Below, piece by piece: positions 1 to 9,940 of a DNA stretch of 64,000 bases. Source of the DNA: an uncultured Candidatus Binatia bacterium (GTDB lineage: Bacteria > Desulfobacterota > Binatia > Bin18); assembly GCA_965214605.1 (NCBI GenBank), contig OZ243961.1, forward strand, positions 1,152,001-1,216,000, read 5' to 3'. The notes beneath the pieces were generated by a model. That model saw only the letters and a program-made list of their open reading frames with translations. It did no database searches and was not told the origin of the DNA. The position numbers were made by a program, and so were the translations under genes. Within the stretch, counting starts at the first letter, position 1, and each line of letters opens with the position of its first letter.

Positions 1-420
1 ATCTCGGCTCGGAGCTAGGCTGGGACCTTGGCCTGGAAAGGAGAGAGCTAAGCCGCGCAGAAACTCGACGTGCGCCTCGGGAATACGCGCGGCCGCTGAG
101 CTCGCGTCAGGCCAACAGCCGTAGCTGTCCAGGGTCTGGACCCCGCCATTCATCAGAAATGCGTCGCGATAGAGTCCCCCATGATCGAGAAAGTCAAGGA
201 ACATATCCTCATGGTTTCCTCTGAGAAATGTCAATCTGCAGACCTGATCGGCCCGCAGGTCTAATAGCAGGTCGACCACCTCACGGGCTCCGGGTCCACG
301 ATCAATATAGTCGCCCAAAAAGACGAGGTGATCCTCGACCCGGAGGGTTAAGGCGTCCAGCAGGGCCTCAAGCTCAGCCGGACAGGCATGAATGTCTCCT
401 ACGATAAAGAAACGCGCCAT
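1..420 (-). CDS. Metallophosphoesterase (Ser/Thr protein phosphatase / ApaH-like), 3' end outside the window
   Basis: Manual translation from ATG at 420: MARFFIVGDIHAC...VFLGDYIDRGP...FLRGNHEDMF, showing the GDxH, GDxxDRG and GNHE motifs. Not in the ORF track because it runs off the edge. Confidence 0.9.
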   Translation of the reverse strand, partial: MARFFIVGDIHACPAELEALLDALTLRVEDHLVFLGDYIDRGPGAREVVDLLLDLRADQVCRLTFLRGNHEDMFLDFLDHGGLYRDAFLMNGGVQTLDSYGCWPDASSAAARIPEAHVEFLRGLALSFPGQGPSLAPSRD

Positions 421-545
421 GGTTCTTTTCTCAGATTCCGACCGGCCGCGGCCGGAGCGACAGTTCTTGCTGAACAGCGATTTCATTCTCTACCCAATAC
501 GCCTGACATGAGCCTGAGGCAAAGCCTACTCAGTAACGCTATACC

Positions 546-1004
546 TTAAAATACGCGACCCACTCCAGGTTCAGAAGTTTCGCTCCGTTGGTCGGCTCTA
601 GCGGTTCTTCCGAGATAAGAACCGCCGGGTAGCGTTGGATTACTAGTCCTGGTTGGCGAAACACTCGGGTTCAAGGGAGCGTCACAGTAAAGCTCTCTCT
701 GCATCAATAAATAGTCCCCGGCCCAATCCGGTGCGTCGACGATCTCGAACGGGCCTATGATGCGGACATAAACAGTGCCTTCCACAGGGCAGGAGATAAC
801 GACAATTGATCTCATCATCACGCTGGGGAATGAAACTACAGCTCTTGAGAGAACATCTTCCCCGGTAACGCTGCCATTCGTCATCGGGACAAGTCGGGTT
901 AACGAGCCGCGTTTGGAGCACGCAGGGGTTGTGCTCTTGCCGCAGCAGCGGAGAGCCGATGTATACACGGCTGGCCTGTTCAAAGATCTCAAACGCATCA
1001 GCAC
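546..1004 (-). CDS. Hypothetical protein or degraded gene
   Basis: 152-aa ORF with no recognisable motif; the frame continues upstream through a single TGA (1023-1025). Confidence 0.25.
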   Translation of the reverse strand: MLMRLRSLNRPAVYTSALRCCGKSTTPACSKRGSLTRLVPMTNGSVTGEDVLSRAVVSFPSVMMRSIVVISCPVEGTVYVRIIGPFEIVDAPDWAGDYLLMQRELYCDAPLNPSVSPTRTSNPTLPGGSYLGRTARADQRSETSEPGVGRVF

Positions 1005-1178
1005 TCCGCAGTTTCTGTTGAATCAAGCGATCATCATTTCCTCTTGGTTAGACGGTTTTCCTCTCTCCAAAAAGGCGACTCGTCTTCCTCTCATACAGCG
1101 CACAACATAGCTGGAGTCTACCGACACGCCTTGACGCCCCCGCTTTTGTACTGCTAGGGCTAGGCGGGGGTCCTTGGT

Positions 1179-1538
1179 ATGACCATAACGCAATTGCTGG
1201 CCCGAGACCACCTCTTCATCGCCGGTCTAATCCTGCTCGTGCTGGGTTTAGGCAACGCGGTTGTCGCCCTGACAAAAGTGAACGAGTACCTGGCGGTTCT
1301 GGCAGCCACGACTCCTCAGGTCGAAGCGGCGACCGCGCAGCTCTTTCGTGGCGCTCAGCGCCATATCCCCAGCGAAGCCCGTGAGCGCTGGGACATCGCT
1401 CAGGCCAAGCTGGACTTCTATCATGTCGTACTGAGTAGCGGCTGGCTGATGCTCGGCCTGGGCGTGGTGTGCACGGTGGTGGGCCTTATTCGTTTTCGCC
1501 GCCGGCTGTCCGGGTCGGCAGCAAAACGGCTCTTATAG
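1179..1538 (+). CDS. Hypothetical membrane protein (2 TM helices)
   Basis: Two hydrophobic segments (LFIAGLILLVLGLGNAVV; GWLMLGLGVVCTVVGLI) and a basic C-terminus. Confidence 0.75.
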   Translation: MTITQLLARDHLFIAGLILLVLGLGNAVVALTKVNEYLAVLAATTPQVEAATAQLFRGAQRHIPSEARERWDIAQAKLDFYHVVLSSGWLMLGLGVVCTVVGLIRFRRRLSGSAAKRLL

Positions 1539-1610
1539 ACGGGCTAAGGCGCCCCCAAAGCTGGCCGACAGGGAATATCACATAAAAGTGAGAAAATCGC
1601 CATACAACGG

Positions 1611-1639
1611 TTGACATTCCAACCCGTCTTTACTACCTT
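1611..1639 (+). promoter_or_regulatory. Putative sigma70 promoter of the cof cluster
   Basis: TTGACA-N17-TACCTT about 30 bp upstream of cofG. Confidence 0.45.
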
Positions 1640-1666
1640 CTTCTTGCTTTAGTCGATGGGAGTCAC

Positions 1667-2848
1667 ATGGTGCCCGAGCCCGTTCTCGAACAGATTTCTC
1701 TGAGCTTTGATCAACTCCTCGCTCGTGCGGGTGAGGGCGCACAGCTGTCTGCCGCCCAGGGTTATCGCCTAATCCACTGTACGGACGAGGAGTTCCCGGC
1801 CTTGTTGGCGGCTGCGGGCGACCTGCGTGATTGTCACAAAGGGCAGACAGTCACCTACTCACGCAAGCTCTTTCTACCGGTCACCAATCTGTGCCGAGAT
1901 CGTTGCTCGTACTGCACCTTTCGTAAGGACCCACGCGATCCCGCCGCCTGGACTATGACGCGCAACGACCTCCACCAGTGGCTCTCCCGAGGTCAAGCCC
2001 AGGGTTGTAAAGAAGCCCTGATGTGCCTGGGCGACAAGCCCGAACTGGTCTCTCGGGCGTACCGCACCACGTTGGCCGATTTAGGCCACCGGACGACAAC
2101 CGAATACATCTACGAAGCGTGCCAGATTGCGCTGTCATACGGCATTCTGCCCCACACTAACGCGGGCATCCTGAGCTACGACGAGATGCAATGGCTCAAA
2201 GATGTGAATGTGAGCTTAGGCCTGATGCTGGAAAATATCAGCCCTCGGTTACGCCAACGCGGTATGGCCCATTTTTCAGCTCCGGACAAAGAACCCGCCG
2301 TTCGGGTCAAGATGATCCGCGAAGCTGGTGAGCTGGAAATTCCCTTTACGACCGGAATTCTGATTGGCATTGGAGAGACGCGCGAGGAAGTGGTCGACAG
2401 TCTGCTCGCCATCCGTGACATCCACCAGGAGTACGGCCACATTCAAGAGGTCATCATCCAGAATTTTCGGGCCAAACCTGATACCCGCATGGCCGACGCT
2501 CCCGAGCCGGAGGGCCTGGAAGTGGCCAAAACGGTGGCCGTCGCCAGGCTGTTGCTCGGTGGGCAGATGAACGTCCAAGCTCCGCCCAATCTCAACCCGG
2601 TCGATCATCGCCTCCTGTTGCGTGCTGGCATTAACGACTGGGGAGGGATCTCGCCGGTCACCAAAGACTACGTCAATCCCGAAGCGGTCTGGCCACATCT
2701 AGACACCCTGGCCCAGACCTGTCGAGAGGAGGGTTTCTGGCTGCGTGAGCGACTGGCCATTTATCAAGAGTATATTGATCGGCCCGGATTTCTCCTGCCG
2801 GCCCTGCGTCCACGGACTGAGGCATTACAGGCCCAGATCAGCGCCTAA
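1667..2848 (+). CDS. cofG: FO synthase subunit 1 (radical SAM)
   Basis: TYSRKLFLPVTNLCRDRCSYCTF (CxxxCxxC), LPHTNAG, PFTTGILIGIGE, QAPPNL, DWGGISPVT. Confidence 0.95.
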   Translation: MVPEPVLEQISLSFDQLLARAGEGAQLSAAQGYRLIHCTDEEFPALLAAAGDLRDCHKGQTVTYSRKLFLPVTNLCRDRCSYCTFRKDPRDPAAWTMTRNDLHQWLSRGQAQGCKEALMCLGDKPELVSRAYRTTLADLGHRTTTEYIYEACQIALSYGILPHTNAGILSYDEMQWLKDVNVSLGLMLENISPRLRQRGMAHFSAPDKEPAVRVKMIREAGELEIPFTTGILIGIGETREEVVDSLLAIRDIHQEYGHIQEVIIQNFRAKPDTRMADAPEPEGLEVAKTVAVARLLLGGQMNVQAPPNLNPVDHRLLLRAGINDWGGISPVTKDYVNPEAVWPHLDTLAQTCREEGFWLRERLAIYQEYIDRPGFLLPALRPRTEALQAQISA

Positions 2849-2919
2849 GAAGGCTGTCCTCTCGTCCCTTTTTGGTCTGAAGTATTGACGTTTTTCGCTC
2901 CACAATAAGGAGACCTACT

Positions 2920-4206
2920 GTGGCAACCGACGGTCTTGCGAGTATTCTTGAACATATCGATCCTCAGGTCAGCACGATTCTGCACCGGGCCTTGGAGGGA
3001 CAAGAAGTGTCCTGGCAGGAGGCACTGCTTTTGTGCGAGACAAATGGGCTCGATCTCCAGGCCGTGTGTCTAGTCGCGGATGAGATGCGCCGGCGTCAAG
3101 TCGGCGAGGTGGTGACGTATGTGATCAACCGGAATATTAACTTCACCAACGTCTGCATTAAACACTGCACCTTCTGCGCTTTTAGCCGTGAATATCGTGA
3201 AGAACAAGGCTATTTTCTCCCCGAAGAGGAAATTATCCGGCGGGCTCAACAAGCTGTTGATATGGGTGCCACCGAGGTGTGTATGCAGGCCGGCCTGCCG
3301 CCCAAGATGAAGGGCGAGCTGTATATCGATCTGACCCGAGCAGTGAAAAAGGCCCTCCCGGACCTGCATATTCATGCCTTCTCCCCTGAAGAGGTCTTGT
3401 ACGGCGCAACGCGGGCGGCGGTCTCGATTCCCAACTATCTAGCCGCCCTCAAGGACGCGGGCTTGGATACCCTGCCCGGCACGTCGGCCGAAATTCTTGA
3501 CCAGGACATTCGTGATCGTATTGCCCCGGGGCGCATCACCACAAAACAGTGGATTGAGGTCATCACGTCCGCCCATGGCCTCGGCATTCCAACGACCTCA
3601 ACGATCATGTACGGCCACATCGAGACCCCGATACATTGGGTCAAGCATATGAATCTGCTACGTGATATCCAGAAGGAAACCGGAGGCTTTACCGAGTTCG
3701 TTCCCCTGTCCCTGATTCACCAAGAAGCACCCATGTACCAGCGCAAACTGATCAAAAACATGCGTCAAGGCGCAACTGGCACAGAAGTCATTAAAATGCA
3801 CGCAGTCGCCCGCCTCATGCTCGGCCCGACGTTTCGGAATATCCAGTCATCGTGGGTCAAAGAGGGCCCAAAGCTGGCTCAGTATCTGCTGAATATAGGG
3901 GCCAACGACCTGGGCGGGACCTTGATCAACGAGAGTATTTCCACCTCTGCAGGCGCCCAGTATGGGCAGCTCGTCCCGCCTAAAGAACTCCGTCGTCTGA
4001 TCCGTGATATTGGCCGGACTCCGGCTGAACGTGGCACTACATACACGCTCCGAACAATCTTCAACGGCCAGGACGAAGAGTTAAGCCCGCTCGACATGGT
4101 CGAAAATCCGGACGAGCAGTTCGGTTCCTATCGGAAGCTGACCGCCTCGGATCAGTTCCGCTACGTACATCCCTTTGAACGCGAGAAGCAAGCGGCTTCT
4201 CACTAA
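2920..4206 (+). CDS. cofH: FO synthase subunit 2 (radical SAM)
   Basis: VTYVINRNINFTNVCIKHCTFCAF, PGTSAEIL, TIMYGHIE, GANDLGGTLINESI; follows cofG. Confidence 0.95.
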   Translation: MATDGLASILEHIDPQVSTILHRALEGQEVSWQEALLLCETNGLDLQAVCLVADEMRRRQVGEVVTYVINRNINFTNVCIKHCTFCAFSREYREEQGYFLPEEEIIRRAQQAVDMGATEVCMQAGLPPKMKGELYIDLTRAVKKALPDLHIHAFSPEEVLYGATRAAVSIPNYLAALKDAGLDTLPGTSAEILDQDIRDRIAPGRITTKQWIEVITSAHGLGIPTTSTIMYGHIETPIHWVKHMNLLRDIQKETGGFTEFVPLSLIHQEAPMYQRKLIKNMRQGATGTEVIKMHAVARLMLGPTFRNIQSSWVKEGPKLAQYLLNIGANDLGGTLINESISTSAGAQYGQLVPPKELRRLIRDIGRTPAERGTTYTLRTIFNGQDEELSPLDMVENPDEQFGSYRKLTASDQFRYVHPFEREKQAASH

Positions 4207-4242
4207 CATCACCGGGCGGCATGCCCTTTCCCCCAGATCAGC

Positions 4243-5196
4243 ATGCCACGCTGTGACGATCTCAGCATTACCGCTCTTGCTGGAGGGGTGGGTGCCGCCC
4301 GTTTCTTACGTGGCCTAGTACGTGTCATCAATCCGGCCAATCTGAGTGTGGTGGTGAACACTGGCGATGATGACGAATTTTTTGGCCTATACGTGTCTCC
4401 AGACCTCGATACCATCACCTATACGCTCGCCGATGCTGTCGACCATGACAAAGGCTGGGGTCTGCCGGACGAGAGCTTCCACTGTCTTAGCGGGTTGAGA
4501 CGCTATTATCCCGAGACCTGGTTTAGTCTGGGTGACGCCGACCTAGCGACCCACCTGTTTCGGACTCAGCAGCTGAGACAAGGGCACACCCTGAGCCAAG
4601 TCACCGCCGCTATTGTCCAAGCCTGGGACGTGCGCGCCACGGTCTTACCGATGAGCAACGATCCGGTCCGGACGGTGGTCCACACCGAAGCGGGTGCTCT
4701 GCCGTTTCAGGAATATTTTGTCAAAGGTCGGGGTGAAGGTCGGGTCGAACGCATCGAGTTACGAGGGCTGCCGGACGCCCGCCCGGCGCCGGGCGTGTGT
4801 GAGGCGATCCAGTCTGCACATTTGGTGATTCTCCCGCCCAGCAACCCGTTGGTGAGCATCGGGCCTATTCTCGGCCTACCTGGCGTCCGCGACGCCCTGC
4901 GCCAAACCCCAGCGTTGGTTGTCGGCATCAGTCCATTGGTAGCCGGTAAGCCGATTAAAGGGCCGGCCGACCGTATGCTCAGTGGCCTCGGCATTGAAGC
5001 CTCGGCGACTGGAGTGGCCGGCCTGTACGCCGACTTTCTGGACGCTTTCGTGATCGATACGCAAGATGCGGCTCAACGGGCCAGACTTGAAGCCCAGGGG
5101 CTGATGGTTCGGGTAACCGATACAATTATGAGTGATATGGAGAAATCAATTGCCCTGGCCCGGACGGCTGTTGAACATATGAAACGTGAAACATAG
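4243..5196 (+). CDS. cofD: 2-phospho-L-lactate/phosphoenolpyruvate transferase (CofD/FbiA)
   Basis: LAGGVGAARFL, VNTGDD, SPDLDT, FQEYFV, PSNPLVSIGPIL, KGPADRML. Confidence 0.95.
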   Translation: MPRCDDLSITALAGGVGAARFLRGLVRVINPANLSVVVNTGDDDEFFGLYVSPDLDTITYTLADAVDHDKGWGLPDESFHCLSGLRRYYPETWFSLGDADLATHLFRTQQLRQGHTLSQVTAAIVQAWDVRATVLPMSNDPVRTVVHTEAGALPFQEYFVKGRGEGRVERIELRGLPDARPAPGVCEAIQSAHLVILPPSNPLVSIGPILGLPGVRDALRQTPALVVGISPLVAGKPIKGPADRMLSGLGIEASATGVAGLYADFLDAFVIDTQDAAQRARLEAQGLMVRVTDTIMSDMEKSIALARTAVEHMKRET

Positions 5197-5239
5197 GAGG
5201 GATATCTCCTAGGCCGCTGTATCCCCGAAGGATTCTAAT

Positions 5240-5992
5240 ATGAGTACGATCGCACTCATCCCTATCCCCGATATTCCCCAAATTCAACCCGGTGACGATC
5301 TGGTCTCGCTCCTTCTCGACGCGATTGATCGGTCCAAGGTCGGCCTCAAAAACGGCGATATTCTGGTTATGTGCCAAAAAATCGTCTCCAAAGCCGAGGG
5401 TGCAGTGGTTGATTTGAAGACCGTCGAACCTTCGTCTTTTGCCCACCAGATTGCAGACCAGTGGGAAAAAGACCCCCGTATCGTCGAGGTTGTGCTACAG
5501 GAGAGCAAGCGGATCGTGATGATGAAAAATGGAGTAGTGATAACCGAAACAAAACAGGGCTGGGTGTGTGCTAACTCGGGAGTCGATGCGTCAAATACCC
5601 TAGCCGACGATATCGTCATCGTCTTGCCTAAAGATCCTGACCGGTCGGCCAAAAGCATGCGGGTCGCTATTCAAGAACGCCGCAATATTTCGATCGGGAT
5701 CGTTATCACCGATACCTTTGGCCGTCCGTGGCGTGACGGTCTGGTCGAGTTTGCGCTGGGCGTCTCGGGATTTGAGGGCCTGCTTGACATGCGCGGCAGT
5801 GAAGACCTCCAGGGCCGAGAACTGCACCATACCATCGTCTCGGTTGCTGACGAACTCGCCTGCGCCGCCGGCCTGCTGATGGAAAAGAACGCGGCCGTAC
5901 CGGCCGTGATTGTTCGTGGTTACAAGTACACTCCGGCCGAGGGCAGCGGACAGGTCTTGATCCGGCCGGCCGAGGCGGATTTGTTTCGCTAA
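5240..5992 (+). CDS. cofE: Coenzyme F420-0:L-glutamate ligase
   Basis: PGDDL, QKIVSKAEG, CANSGVDASN, TDTFGRPWR, ADELA motifs; no nitroreductase C-terminal domain. Confidence 0.95.
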   Translation: MSTIALIPIPDIPQIQPGDDLVSLLLDAIDRSKVGLKNGDILVMCQKIVSKAEGAVVDLKTVEPSSFAHQIADQWEKDPRIVEVVLQESKRIVMMKNGVVITETKQGWVCANSGVDASNTLADDIVIVLPKDPDRSAKSMRVAIQERRNISIGIVITDTFGRPWRDGLVEFALGVSGFEGLLDMRGSEDLQGRELHHTIVSVADELACAAGLLMEKNAAVPAVIVRGYKYTPAEGSGQVLIRPAEADLFR

Positions 5993-6129
5993 GCTTCGCT
6001 TCAGGCCCTCAACTGATGTGGACTAGCAGCGCCCAACTTCTTTGAGCCTCCTGCCTCAAATCCAATTGTTTAAGTGAACAAGTTGGTCTTTCAGAACTCC
6101 GGCAGAGAGATTACTCAGAATGTTCAGCA

Positions 6130-6334
6130 TGGGAAATCCCCGGTCGATCTTAGCCTGAGGCTCTAGTAGTAGGCGTCATGCATTTCTGCCAAGAGGGAAA
6201 CTCACGCAGGATATCTTCAACCGACAGCCCACGACGGTAGTCTAGGACAAGGAAACTCACCGGAAAGCGGCTTCCTATGATGACCGGTCTTCCCCCTGAA
6301 CATGCGGACGGCGTTCAACATAGGGACGACCCAT
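6130..6334 (-). pseudogene. DUF433 family antitoxin remnant
   Basis: Manual translation across frameshifts: MGRPYVERRPHVQG/RPVIIGSRFPVSFLVLDYRRGLSVEDILREFP/LAEMHDAYY/EPQAKIDR, matching the DUF433 pattern. Confidence 0.75.
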
Positions 6335-6437
6335 ATTTATTGTCGTACTCTAGGCGCTCACCGTTCACTCCTGCTGAGAGGATCTCGCTATCCCAAAGCG
6401 TTCTCTGAACCTGAGCAAGTTGCATCCCGGCCAGGCC

Positions 6438-7655
6438 ATGACGACGAGACAAGATAGAAGCTCTCTCACTCTCCAAAGCCTGTTGCTTGCCGTCTGCCTA
6501 GTCCTGTCGACCGTTCCGGGCTTCTCGTCTCCACCCCCCGGTGTCAGCCTCATCGAGGGCAGTCTGACCCCTTTTTTTCACAATCGGCCCCTTTCGGCCT
6601 TTCGGGTCTACGCATTCCACGGCCACACTCCGCACCCGATTCCGTTTCAGATCGACGAACGGGACCAACGAGAGCGCTGGATTGTGAGGCACGGTTCAAA
6701 AGCCAAGCAGGACAGCCCTGCCGCGGTGTTTGACGCCAACGACGCCATTGTGGTGATGAACCGCGACCTGGGGCAGCGTGGCGACCCGTCCGTTCTTCCG
6801 GACCAGGCCAAGCGCTGGGCCGAGATCCGGGTCGGAGAAGAGACGAACCGGCTGGGTTTTGTCTATGTCGGGGTCTTTCCCCCAACACACACCCCACCAC
6901 GCATCACCCAGCCTTACGCCCGCTACGACCCGGCCACCGACCGGATCTATGCCGAGCGCTACGCCCTGGCCTTTGACGCGCCACTGCCAACCCATTTTGC
7001 TCCGGTTGAGCGGCTCGGCCACTTTGGGACCAATACTATAACCGGAGTCAAAGCCGGCGCCGAGGTCCGCTTGCTAGGCGGTTTGCTACGCTTCCAGCGT
7101 ACCGAGGTCGATCTACGCAGCAGCTTGCGTGGCTACCAGTCCGGCCCGGTTCGGGTAATCCGCCAGGCGCGCTACTGGGTGCCGCTGCCGTTTGGCCTGC
7201 GCACCTCGGGCAAGGTCAATCTCATTTTCTACCGGGACTTTGTTGAGGGCAGCGCACGGATCAAGCTGAAAATCCCGCCCCGCCTCGTGCTGGCGGAGGG
7301 CGAATTCACGACCTATTTTGACTTTCTGGACCTGCGCGGGGCGCGTCCGCTGCTGAATGGCCGCCTGAGCCGCTGGGCGGCACTGTGCCTACCGAGCGGC
7401 CGGACACTTGTTCTTATTCCCCGGCTTGAGGACGGCTTGAGCAGGCTTGAGCAGCGCGTCTATTACGGTGGCGCTCAGCCCCATTTCGGCTTTCAGTTTT
7501 CGGAAATTGGTCGTCTGGAGAGCGGCTCGCATCGCCTATCGGTTTTCGGCCTGCTGCTCGACACGACCGCCCCGGACACGGTTCAGCGGGCCGCCGATAT
7601 CTTTCTCTCCCCCCCCCAAGTGGCCGCGCAGCTACTCAATGCCCAGCTGGACTAG
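6438..7655 (+). CDS. Hypothetical exported protein
   Basis: Long ORF with a signal-peptide-like N-terminus (LLLAVCLVLSTVPG) and PIPFQIDER and GPVRVIR motifs; function unknown. Confidence 0.75.
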   Translation: MTTRQDRSSLTLQSLLLAVCLVLSTVPGFSSPPPGVSLIEGSLTPFFHNRPLSAFRVYAFHGHTPHPIPFQIDERDQRERWIVRHGSKAKQDSPAAVFDANDAIVVMNRDLGQRGDPSVLPDQAKRWAEIRVGEETNRLGFVYVGVFPPTHTPPRITQPYARYDPATDRIYAERYALAFDAPLPTHFAPVERLGHFGTNTITGVKAGAEVRLLGGLLRFQRTEVDLRSSLRGYQSGPVRVIRQARYWVPLPFGLRTSGKVNLIFYRDFVEGSARIKLKIPPRLVLAEGEFTTYFDFLDLRGARPLLNGRLSRWAALCLPSGRTLVLIPRLEDGLSRLEQRVYYGGAQPHFGFQFSEIGRLESGSHRLSVFGLLLDTTAPDTVQRAADIFLSPPQVAAQLLNAQLD

Positions 7656-8723
7656 AGACCAGGCGGCAACCGCCATCTGACGACACTGTTCCCTATAGCC
7701 CAACGCCTGAGGCGAGCTGGCGTTGCCGTCAAGTCCGCGCTTGTACACCCCCTGGATAATGGCGCCAATACGGAACAGGGCAAATACAATGTAGAAGGTC
7801 CAGTTCGGAATCTGCTTTCGTCCGGTCAGCTGGCAGTAGCGCGCCACATAGTCGTGCTCAGACGGAATCCCATAGCTGGCGTAATTAAGCCCAGTGATAT
7901 CGCCCCGAATATCATCCGGCACATGGTAGGGGAGACAGTTGTGGGCCAAGTCGGCAAATGGAGCACCGAGCGTACTCAACTCCCAATCGACGACCGCCAA
8001 CACACGCGGTTCGGTCGGATGAAAGATTATATTCTCTAAACGAAAGTCACCGTGGGAGATTGTGGTTTCGTCATCGACTGGCAGATGCTCGGGCAGCCAC
8101 GCTATGAGCCGTTCCATCTCTGGAATATCTTCGGTTCTGCTGGCCGCATACTGTTTTGTCCAACGGTCAACCTGACGCGCCATATAGCCGCCAATCCGTC
8201 CATAGCCCTCTAGGCCAACCGCCCGAAAATCAACCTGGTGCAGGGCGGCGATCGCCTCGACCATTGCCGCATACACCCGTCCCCGCTCGTTCGGCGTCAT
8301 ATCACGCAGCTCATAGCCGCGTAACACCCGTCCATCAATAAAATCCATCAGATAGAAATCTGTGCCGATCACAGACGGGTCTTGACACAGCACGTAGGGC
8401 TTGGCGACCGGCACGTCGGTGTTGCACAGCGCTGAAATGATCCGAAACTCCCGGTCAACCGCATGGGCCGAGGGCAGCAGCTTGCCAGGCGGCTTTTTAC
8501 GCAGCACGTAGCGCCGGCCGGCCGTATCCGTCAACACAAAGGTCGGGTTCGACATACCGCCCCGAATCTGTCCAACATGCATGGGTGGGGTGAAGTCGGC
8601 TAGGTGTCGGCACATATAACGCTCAAGGTGAGCCTGGTCGAAGTGGTGTTGCTCAAGCACCGGGGCGGTATCGGTGGTCAGCGAAACCAGCGGTAATGCC
8701 TCGGCCTGAGCGTTGGTCGCCAT
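7632..8723 (-). CDS. Phosphotransferase family protein (APH / ACAD10-11 N-terminal kinase-like), copy 2
   Basis: GGMSNPTF, LRKKPPGKLLPSAHAVDRE, HGDFRLEN, VVDWELSTLG; SD (AAGGAG) before ATG 8723. Confidence 0.9.
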   Translation of the reverse strand: MATNAQAEALPLVSLTTDTAPVLEQHHFDQAHLERYMCRHLADFTPPMHVGQIRGGMSNPTFVLTDTAGRRYVLRKKPPGKLLPSAHAVDREFRIISALCNTDVPVAKPYVLCQDPSVIGTDFYLMDFIDGRVLRGYELRDMTPNERGRVYAAMVEAIAALHQVDFRAVGLEGYGRIGGYMARQVDRWTKQYAASRTEDIPEMERLIAWLPEHLPVDDETTISHGDFRLENIIFHPTEPRVLAVVDWELSTLGAPFADLAHNCLPYHVPDDIRGDITGLNYASYGIPSEHDYVARYCQLTGRKQIPNWTFYIVFALFRIGAIIQGVYKRGLDGNASSPQALGYREQCRQMAVAAWSLVQLGIE

Positions 8724-8746
8724 CGGTATCTCTCCTTGTCCGTCGC

Positions 8747-9835
8747 TCATACGCCCCGCTCAACCAAGTCCCAGGCGGCGGTCGCCAACTGCTTGCACTT
8801 TTCACCACGGGTGATGGCTTCGGGCGAGCTGGCATTGCCATCAAGCGCCCGTTTGTACACCCCCTGGACAATTGCCGCCAGTCGGAAGAGCGAAAACACC
8901 ACGTAGAAGTTCCAGTTTTCAATAGCCGAGCGGTCCATCTGTTGGCAGTAGCGAGCCACGCACTCCTGCTCAGATGGAATGCCGTAGGTGGTAACATTGA
9001 GGTGGGTGATGTCCCCCCGGATATCGTCCGGCACCTGATAGGGTAGACAGTTATAGGCCAAATCGGACAGGGGCGCACCGAGCGTACTCAGCTCCCAGTC
9101 AACAACGGCTAACACCTGGGGCTGGGTGGGATGAAACAGCAGGTTCTCTAAGCGAAAATCGCCATGCACAATCGTGGTCTCATCGTCATCCGGCAGATGC
9201 TCGGGCAGCCAGGCTATGAGCCGTTCCATGGCCGGCAGCTCATCCGTTTTGCTCGCCTCGTACTGCTTGGACCAGCGCCTGACCTGGCGGCCCATATAGC
9301 CGCCGATCCGACCGTAGTCCTCAAGCCCAACCGCCCGGAAATCAACCTGATGGATCTTGGCCATAGTATCAATCATGGTTTCATACACCGCCCGCCGCTC
9401 GCTCGGAGCGAGGTCGGGCAGCTCATACCCACGAAACACGCGACCCTCAACAAAATCCATAATATAAAAATCCACACCCAGCACTAACGGGTCCTGACAC
9501 AGGACATGCGGTTTGGCGACCGGCACATCAGTATCCCACAGAGCCGAGATGATTCGAAATTCTCGGTCAACCGCGTGGGCCGAGGGCAGTAGCTTGCCAG
9601 GCGGTTTTTTGCGCAGCACGTAACGCCGTCCAGCCCCATCCGTCAAGATGAAGGTCGGGTTCGACATCCCGCCCCGCACCTGTCCAACCGATAGCGGCGG
9701 ACTGAAGGCCTCGATATGTTCGGCCATGTAGCGCGCCAGCGCGGCCTCATCAAAACGATGCTGGTCAAGCACTGGAGCAGTCTCAGCCGTGAGCGAAGTG
9801 AGCGGGCTGGTCTCTACTGCCTGGATTGTCGCCAT
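8747..9835 (-). CDS. Phosphotransferase family protein (APH / ACAD10-11 N-terminal kinase-like), copy 1
   Basis: Same motifs as the adjacent paralog. Confidence 0.9.
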   Translation of the reverse strand: MATIQAVETSPLTSLTAETAPVLDQHRFDEAALARYMAEHIEAFSPPLSVGQVRGGMSNPTFILTDGAGRRYVLRKKPPGKLLPSAHAVDREFRIISALWDTDVPVAKPHVLCQDPLVLGVDFYIMDFVEGRVFRGYELPDLAPSERRAVYETMIDTMAKIHQVDFRAVGLEDYGRIGGYMGRQVRRWSKQYEASKTDELPAMERLIAWLPEHLPDDDETTIVHGDFRLENLLFHPTQPQVLAVVDWELSTLGAPLSDLAYNCLPYQVPDDIRGDITHLNVTTYGIPSEQECVARYCQQMDRSAIENWNFYVVFSLFRLAAIVQGVYKRALDGNASSPEAITRGEKCKQLATAAWDLVERGV

Positions 9836-9940
9836 CGCACGTCTCTCCTTTTTGGCGCTGACAAGATGCTCAAGTGGCCTCGTCCACGAATTGTTCCCCT
9901 AGTTCAATCACCCAACAATAGGTATCGTCAAGGCGAGCGT

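Noticed and set aside
1023-1025. In-frame TGA joining ORFs 1023-1211 and 546-1004 as a second selenoprotein
   Set aside because: No convincing downstream hairpin, no redox-motif context and no recognisable family.
5995-6420. Structured ncRNA or riboswitch downstream of cofE (repeated GGAAACTCAC)
   Set aside because: Better explained as a minus-strand DUF433 pseudogene.
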